DNA of 64,000 nucleotides, taken from Saprospiraceae bacterium. Lineage in GTDB: Bacteria; Bacteroidota; Bacteroidia; Chitinophagales; Saprospiraceae. Of this stretch, positions 57,667 to 64,000 are shown in pieces. The position numbers were made by a program, and so were the translations under genes. The notes under the pieces were generated by a model. The model was not told the DNA's origin, made no database searches, and saw only the letters and a program-made list of their open reading frames with translations. Within the stretch, counting starts at the first letter, position 1; every line of letters begins with the position of its first letter. The DNA lies in NCBI GenBank assembly GCA_016720635.1, contig JADKKF010000014.1, positions 20,988 through 84,987 of the forward strand. Reading direction: 5' to 3'.

Positions 57667-59686
57667 TTGTTTGAATGGGTGCTAAAGCTATGGGTGCTGC
57701 AGCATAATTGGATGCGGGTCTGAGCGACCAGGTAGGAGGAGTAGCATTAGCTCCTGGAGGCGATGAACTAGGCCTAATCCCCATTGAAAACCTAGAAATC
57801 CTGTTGCATCAGCTGTCGCGCGAAAACAGTTTGTGACCGAGGCTGGTCCATTTACTGGCACATGAGGGTTCCAGCAACTAGTAATAAGTTCTATCTTGAA
57901 GCATAAAATTGGGAGCCGAGCCCATCCCTGGACCAGCACATGGACTAGCGCACGTACCACATCCTCCAGGTGAGCAAGGCGCATAACTCAATCTATATGG
58001 TCCAGCAAAATCGATACACCCATCTCCGTTGGCATCGACATTGTTAGTGCCATTACAAGCCGTACCTTGTAATGCACATTCACAATCTATTGTGACAGGT
58101 ACAATCCAAACGTCAGATGCTCCTGAAACTAGACTGGATGAGAATCCCGAATTATTACCATCTGAAATGGTGGCTGAAGATGTGAATATCCCTCTAAAAC
58201 AAGGATTGGTAGTATTATATGTTGAGGCAAGGGATAGATTGGCGGCGGTTTGAGCGCAAGTAAAAATAGCATACCCTTTTTCAACACGCAATCCACAGCC
58301 AGGTGGAGGATTTGTTCCATCTCCATTCCATGTAATACTGACATCTTCACAACACGGTACTTGGTATGCTCCACCTACCAAGGGCGCACCAGTTACAGTA
58401 TATGTTCCTGCGTCAGCACCACATGTGGAGCCGCAATTTCCAGTCCCTCCAGTATCATCATACACCCATACATAATTATCAGCCAATGATCCACAACTAT
58501 TGCTGGTATAGGTTATTATTACACAAAATCGATAACTTGTATTGGGTGTTACAACATATTCATTTCCCGTTCCAAATGAAGAAGCTCCTGCTGAAGGTAC
58601 GACAGTGCTGCAATTGGATTGTAATAATCTATAGGTTCGGTAAAAAGCATAAAGGGGTTCCTCAGTCGATTGTATTTCCAATCGCATTTACGAACCCAAT
58701 CCTCGTTTCAGAAGGACCTGTTGTATAGTTCCAACATAGTGTATAATTTGTTCCAGTTGAAGTACTTAGGTCAGGTACAATGTCATATATCGCAGTTGGA
58801 CTCGCAGCACCATAATCAGCTTGAGCAGCAGCGGCATTGCAAAAATGTGCACCCCCGCAGTTAGGGAGTGCATATCTCGCAACCAGACGGAGAGGACTCC
58901 TAAGTTACCACGAACTGTTGAGGCAACCACGAGCAGAAGTCCGTATACATCTGACAAAAAATAAATGTAAGAGCCATCAGCTGTATTAGATGTAATGGTA
59001 GTAGGAGGAAATGTTCCTGTACAAAAAACGCCAATTTGATTGGATATTATAGGCAAATTACCCTGGTAAATTTGCAGTTGATCTAAGCAAGTCCCAAAAG
59101 TAGCTCTAATATCAAAAGAATTAAAAGTGACACTAACCTTGTCGCCTGGAGTAACTGGGCAAATAGTAGTTCCAGAAGAATTATTATTTGGATAATTTGA
59201 TGCTCCCCCAGGATCAGTAAAAGTTGTAGTAGCACAAGTAGTTTGAGTGATACCACCGATTACGATGGTACGGTTTAAGCACTCCCAAGCAGTCCCATTT
59301 GCATTGGTGGAGCAGGTGAAACTAGTCGGTAACCTAAGTTGTATGGATAGGTCATAGCATTGATCGGTATTCTACTGATTGGAAATCATGTCCATCCCAA
59401 AGGCTGTAGAGGGCCGTATTTGCCAGTCAAATCGTTCCGTTTGCAAAGTCCACAGAGAATGGGGCAAATCCATTCAGAGGATTAGCTCCATTTCACTGTT
59501 GATCCAAAATTGATCCAGCCTCAAGGATCTATTGGGCGACACCTCATACAAGCACATTCTTACTATCATTGTATATGTGCCATTCCCATTATTTATTATA
59601 ATGTAGCTAAATTTACAATCATCACATGCCTTTCCAAATTCTATAAATGTTAAAATGCAGAAAACTATTAAAAATAATTTTGCCAT
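57667..59686 (-). pseudogene. disrupted 5' head of the giant adhesin gene (signal peptide, CUB-like and Cys-rich segments in several frames)
   Basis: MAKLFLIVFCILTFIEFGKAC (start 59686) is a signal peptide. Coding-looking segments then alternate between frames, with an in-frame TAG at 59374..59372. The largest pieces are about 59371..58880 (CUB-like) and 58687..57878 (Cys/Gly/Thr-rich). Confidence 0.6.
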
Positions 59687-59786
59687 TCCTTTGTTGAAAT
59701 ATGACAATTTACTTGATATTTTTGGTATTGAAAATCTTGGAGCCATATGAGTGATTAATTAAAATTTAGGGAATTTGGGATTGATT

Positions 59787-59824
59787 AAAAATCAAAGCCC
59801 TTTGTCTTGATGGGTACAAAGGGC
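59787..59824 (-). terminator. rho-independent terminator of the beta-helix protein gene
   Basis: A perfect 9-bp stem GCCCTTTGT(59797-805)/ACAAAGGGC(59816-824) is followed on the minus strand by TTTGATTTTT. It lies 50 nt after the stop at 59874. Confidence 0.7.
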
Positions 59825-59873
59825 CTTGATGAACGACATATTATTTTTTAAAAATTGTGTATTTGAAATTATT

Positions 59874-62501
59874 TTATTGTTTCATAAATCTATGTGTTGA
59901 CTTCTCAGCGCTTTTTTCTCTTTCTATCAAAATGCTGTACATGCCTCTTGGTAAATCTCCAACCTCGATGTATCCATTTGAAGCTATCCCGCTGGTAATC
60001 TCTGTGCCTAATTGATTGAATATTTTGAATGTATATTCTGAATCAAGCGTTTCACCTGTCGAGTTTTTGATATAAAGCCTATCATTTACTGGATTTGGAT
60101 AGATTTTTATATTATCTGCCATTTTATTGCTGATGCTTATTATCGATGAAAAAGTATATTTTGCATCAATGTCAACCATTTTTAGTCTATAATAATATAG
60201 ATTGCTGGTTAAATTTTTGTGTATAAATTCATACTCAGCACCTTGAAATTCATTTCCGCTTTTAGCTTTTCGGTGCAGTGGTTCAAAATTTATACCGTCT
60301 TTGCTCACTAATAATTCAAAATGAGAAGCACGAACTTCTGATGAGGTTTTCCATCTAATTATATTGCTTTCGTTTTCCCTTTTTCCTACAAATGATACTA
60401 AATTTATTGGTAGAACTACTGAAGTTAAACCAGCATTGACAAATCCATAATGTAAAAAACTGTTGTTAGCATCTGTATTGTTCAAAACTGTTGTATTGGT
60501 ACTTGAACAAGATGGACAAATAGTAATGGGTCCTGAAAGCCCTGAGCTTATGCCAAAATCACTATCATTGGTCGTGTTGGAACCTGGATTGTTCTGAAAT
60601 GTCAAATATTGTCCAGATGGAGGAACAATTCTAATATAGTAAGTCGCGCCCGCATCTAATCCTGTAAATAAGTAAGAGCCGTTTGCTCCTGTTACCATAG
60701 TTGCTAAAACAGTCACGCCATCAGCAGCTAAAAGCTGAACTGTAACCCCCGCAAGCGAAGAATTTCCTGCACTATTGCCATCGGGTGTACTTGTATCATC
60801 AAATACAAATCCTCTGATGGATCCCTGATTTGTACAATTAACAATGGTAGCTGACGCTCCAGGACATGAGGTACAAGCTGTAACACCAGAGGTCACCCCT
60901 GTAAACCCAGGGCCAGTCCCTGCACTTGTGGTACTAGATGTTGCAGCTATGATATTGTTTGTCAGAGTTACATTGGTTAGCTCTACTGACGTACCATATA
61001 AGCAAGTAAAATTTGATTCATTGGTAGAAGTGCCAGCTGCAGAACTTGTAGCCACACTAAAAAGGTTATTATCTAAAACTGAATTAATAACATCAATGTC
61101 GCTAGTACTAAAACAAGCCCCATTGATCTTTAATGCACCAGCTCGAGCATTAGTATTGGAAGATGCCGATTTGTTACCAGTAAAAGTTACATTTTCAAAA
61201 TAGGCTTTTGTGACACCAGTTTGTGATCCACATGCCGTTGCATCCCTTCTGACGAAAACGGCGGATCCACCAGAGTTATTAGTAGTTGTTCCCCCACTAA
61301 AATTTCCCGAAAAGTAACTATTGACTACACTGATATTGTTAGATACGTCTGCATAAATGCCTCCTCCAAGCAATGCGCAGTTGTTGTAAAATTCTGTATT
61401 AGATATCGATAATAATGCGCCTTGAGTTGCTGCGTTATTTGAGTTTCCGACATAAATAGCACCTCCATATTGAGTGTCTTCAGAAGCAATCCAATCTGGA
61501 TTGTTGGTAGCTCTACCGTTATTACTGAATTTACAGCCAGTAAAATCTACTTTTGCCATATCGGTGATGGCTACTGCTCCTCCCCACCAAGTGGTTCCAC
61601 CTGAAGTGAAATTACAGGTAAAATTGGTGTTGGTGAATGTAACTTGTGCACTACCAGATAGTTCGATGGCTCCCCCATTACTAGAGTTTGCTTCATTTCC
61701 TGAAAAAGTACAGCCTACAAAATCCACATGTGCTCCCTGAACATCTGCTGCGCCACCGCCATCATTGCTGAAATTACAGGAGAAAGTGGTGTTGATTATG
61801 TTCAAATCACCAAGTGCAGACCCTGTAACATATAACGCACTAGAGGTAGGCGAACCCACAGTGGTTGGAGATACTGCTCCAGGATTGCTGTTTCTTATGA
61901 AATTACAACCTATAATGGTACCGGTGGTATTGGCTCCTACAGCCACTTTTACCGCATCGGTACCCCAGTTGCAATTGTCAAAGGTACAATTGCTGACCAC
62001 ATAACCTGAAGCCGTGCTTGGAATAGCTAGAGCACCACCACTAGGTACGCCTGCAAATCCTTTGAATGTAAAGCCAGTAAGGGTACTGTTTGAGGCCATA
62101 GTTGCGAAGCAAATAGCAGTCGTACCATTAGACGTATTGTCCAGAATAGCTCCGTTACCATTAACGACCATGCCTGATAGCAAATTATGTCCGCCATCCG
62201 CATCGCCCCAATCTGCATTTACTCCGATACCTCCAGATGCAGGTCCCATTTTGTAATAGCCTGGAGCGAAATTGATGGTGGTTACCCCGTTAGCCACTGC
62301 ATAGTTGTAAGCAGCTGTCCAGGTGGCAAATGGTGTCGCACCTGCAGTACTTGCAGCATTTGTGTTCATTTGGGCTACAGTCAAGCCAGCATAACACGAC
62401 AATGGCGCTATTTCAATACTTGATGCCGAAAAGGCATTTTGACTATAAAAAGAAAATAGGAGAGCAAAAACAAATAGAAATTTTGAAACGATTCTTTTCA
62501 T
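59874..62501 (-). CDS. secreted right-handed beta-helix (Pmp / pectate-lyase-like repeat) protein with SdrD-B/Cna-B-like domain and T9SS type A C-terminal sorting domain
   Basis: Signal peptide FLFVFALLFSFYSQNAFS. It has repeated GGA(I/L/V) ... N..F..N turns. The block GFVFDDTSTPDGNSAGNSSLAGVTVQLL ... GSYLFTGLDAGATYYIRI is SdrD-B-like. The C-terminus is IKIYPNPVNDRLYIKN ... LPRGMYSILIE. Confidence 0.8.
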   Translation of the reverse strand: MKRIVSKFLFVFALLFSFYSQNAFSASSIEIAPLSCYAGLTVAQMNTNAASTAGATPFATWTAAYNYAVANGVTTINFAPGYYKMGPASGGIGVNADWGDADGGHNLLSGMVVNGNGAILDNTSNGTTAICFATMASNSTLTGFTFKGFAGVPSGGALAIPSTASGYVVSNCTFDNCNWGTDAVKVAVGANTTGTIIGCNFIRNSNPGAVSPTTVGSPTSSALYVTGSALGDLNIINTTFSCNFSNDGGGAADVQGAHVDFVGCTFSGNEANSSNGGAIELSGSAQVTFTNTNFTCNFTSGGTTWWGGAVAITDMAKVDFTGCKFSNNGRATNNPDWIASEDTQYGGAIYVGNSNNAATQGALLSISNTEFYNNCALLGGGIYADVSNNISVVNSYFSGNFSGGTTTNNSGGSAVFVRRDATACGSQTGVTKAYFENVTFTGNKSASSNTNARAGALKINGACFSTSDIDVINSVLDNNLFSVATSSAAGTSTNESNFTCLYGTSVELTNVTLTNNIIAATSSTTSAGTGPGFTGVTSGVTACTSCPGASATIVNCTNQGSIRGFVFDDTSTPDGNSAGNSSLAGVTVQLLAADGVTVLATMVTGANGSYLFTGLDAGATYYIRIVPPSGQYLTFQNNPGSNTTNDSDFGISSGLSGPITICPSCSSTNTTVLNNTDANNSFLHYGFVNAGLTSVVLPINLVSFVGKRENESNIIRWKTSSEVRASHFELLVSKDGINFEPLHRKAKSGNEFQGAEYEFIHKNLTSNLYYYRLKMVDIDAKYTFSSIISISNKMADNIKIYPNPVNDRLYIKNSTGETLDSEYTFKIFNQLGTEITSGIASNGYIEVGDLPRGMYSILIEREKSAEKSTHRFMKQ

Positions 62502-62612
62502 GAGCTTACGATTTATTACTAAAAAATGAATTACGAATACAAAATTAATTGTAATATAGCCTCATCAAAATATATTTTTATTAACATTAGTAAGTCTGAA
62601 AACCCTTAATTT

Positions 62613-64000
62613 ATGAAGAATAGTAGTGTTTTTAATTTGATAAAAGGTATGGATACCAGTGAAAAGAGGCATTTTAGCCTCTTCTCAAAAAGACATATTT
62701 TAGGAAGTCTAAATAAATATACACTTTTATTTAATTCTATGAACGGGATGGATACAGAGAATGATTCTGAATTAATTCAAATATTACAAAAAAATGAATA
62801 TGATGCCACCTTTCTCGCCGCAGATAAAAATTATTTGTATAATCAAATTCTAAGAAGTTTTCAGACCTTTCACCGAAAGAAAACCTCTACGATCCATTTG
62901 ACAGAATTGTTGACTACAATAGAAATCCTCTACGAGAAGGGTCTTTATGATTTATGTGAAAAAGAAACTCAAAAAGCAAAGAAAATAGCGCTTGAGATCG
63001 AAAATTATTCTTTTCTATTGGAGATAATCAACTGGGAGCGCAAAACCATCGGATACACTCAGGGTTTTCAAAAAGCATATGAGGTTAACTCTACTATAAA
63101 AAATTATCTAGCTCTATTAAGCAACCAGATTGAATATACCGATCTTTATTATGAGTCACTGGAGTTAAGATTCAAAGATTTTAAAGCCCGTAGATTGGAT
63201 AATATTGAGATGTTTGAATCCTTGCTTAAAAATCCTCTTTTGCAGGACGAAAATTTGGCTGTAACGTTACTGTCAAAAATCAGATTCCACCTTGTTTATT
63301 CTAATTATTATTATATCAAAAATGAATCCAAGTCAGAGTATTACCACCTTGATTATTTGATAAAATTAATGGAGGATTCTTCTTATTACATTAAAGAAAA
63401 CCCCTTTGATTACTTATATATCACCTATTATATGATAGAGTTGATGATAAAAAAAATGCCAAATGAAGTCCCTAGTGCTCTTGAAAAATTAAAGGAATTT
63501 CCTGCACGATTTGATATATCAAAGCGCAAAGTATCGACCCAAGTACAAGCTTTTGCTTATATAGCTGAACTTGATTGGCTAAAGGAACAAAATAAATATT
63601 CGGAGGGATATCAGATGATAAATGAAGTTAAATTTTTTATGTCAAAAAATAATGATAACATAGAGCCAGCTTGGCATATCAAGTTTTATTTTTTATTCGG
63701 TAGTTTTTGTATCGCTACGGGTAACTACAAAAAAGCATTAGAATTTTTAAACCATCTTTTTAATAATTATAAAGAAAATCAAAGAGCAGACTATTACAAC
63801 TATTCAAAGCTTTTGGTCATTTTAGTCCATTTTAAATTGAATAATTTTGGGTTGATAGAATACATTTTTAAGAACACATTTTTATATTATAAAAAGAAAA
63901 ATAAATTATTCAAAATAGAAAAAGTTGTTCTAGATTTTATCAAAGAAATTTCTGCTAATCAATCCCAACTTAGAATTAACCAAAAAATTAAAAACTTGGA
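62613..64000 (+). CDS. all-helical (TPR-like) protein of unknown function, 3'-truncated by the window end and absent from the supplied ORF track
   Basis: Hand translation from ATG 62613 is open for all 462 codons to position 64000 (MKNSSVFNLIKGMDTSEKRHFSLFSKRHILGSLNKYTLLFNSM ...). Openness of that length is very unlikely by chance in AT-rich DNA. Confidence 0.7.
   Translation, partial: MKNSSVFNLIKGMDTSEKRHFSLFSKRHILGSLNKYTLLFNSMNGMDTENDSELIQILQKNEYDATFLAADKNYLYNQILRSFQTFHRKKTSTIHLTELLTTIEILYEKGLYDLCEKETQKAKKIALEIENYSFLLEIINWERKTIGYTQGFQKAYEVNSTIKNYLALLSNQIEYTDLYYESLELRFKDFKARRLDNIEMFESLLKNPLLQDENLAVTLLSKIRFHLVYSNYYYIKNESKSEYYHLDYLIKLMEDSSYYIKENPFDYLYITYYMIELMIKKMPNEVPSALEKLKEFPARFDISKRKVSTQVQAFAYIAELDWLKEQNKYSEGYQMINEVKFFMSKNNDNIEPAWHIKFYFLFGSFCIATGNYKKALEFLNHLFNNYKENQRADYYNYSKLLVILVHFKLNNFGLIEYIFKNTFLYYKKKNKLFKIEKVVLDFIKEISANQSQLRINQKIKNL

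Noticed and set aside
57667-59686. I considered an alternative genetic code (TGA or TAG read as sense) to explain the in-frame stops in the adhesin head.
   Set aside because: TGA, TAG and TAA all terminate well-conserved genes in this window at the expected lengths (rpiB ends with TGA, dnaB with TAG, many others with TAA). Most breaks here also need frame changes, not stop read-through.

Overview
This looks like a chromosomal segment from an AT-rich Bacteroidota genome. The evidence for that is T9SS type A and type B C-terminal sorting domains, SprB-type repeats, a GWxTD protein, recurrent TAnnTTTG -7 promoter boxes and no Shine-Dalgarno sequences. I did not attempt a species call.

Positions 1 to 49 kb are mostly housekeeping genes: rpiB, dnaB, an alanine-dehydrogenase family gene, pabA/trpG, PolX, methylmalonyl-CoA mutase, lspA, tsaE, skp/ompH, rpmA, rplU, a GH31 glucosidase, one tRNA(CAT) and a UvrD-like helicase-nuclease. 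Positions 49.5 to 62.5 kb are an adhesin and T9SS-cargo region. It holds an 8.1-kb SprB-repeat ORF and an 875-aa beta-helix protein. An open reading frame missing from the supplied ORF track then runs off the window end.

I found no rRNA, CRISPR array, transposase, integrase or recognisable defence operon.

Four things deserve a second look:
- **Intergenic element family.** Three related GC-rich, hairpin-rich elements of about 110-155 nt have conserved ends (T-run + GGGCG ... CGCGC). Each lies just downstream of a gene and has the same orientation relative to local transcription.
- **Nested adhesin repeat.** The giant adhesin contains seven near-identical 888-bp (296-aa) units of four modules each, with a clear subfamily structure.
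- **Broken adhesin head.** The roughly 2 kb between the adhesin's signal peptide and its intact ORF is broken by many frame changes and at least one in-frame stop.
- **Split conserved genes.** At least four otherwise conserved genes elsewhere appear split or truncated by single-nucleotide indels, and two more candidates (the amidohydrolase pair and the porin-like C-terminus) are weaker. Some indels fall at homopolymers. The cause could be sequencing error or real gene decay; sequence alone cannot decide.

All translations, alignments and counts beyond the supplied ORF track were done by hand and should be recomputed.
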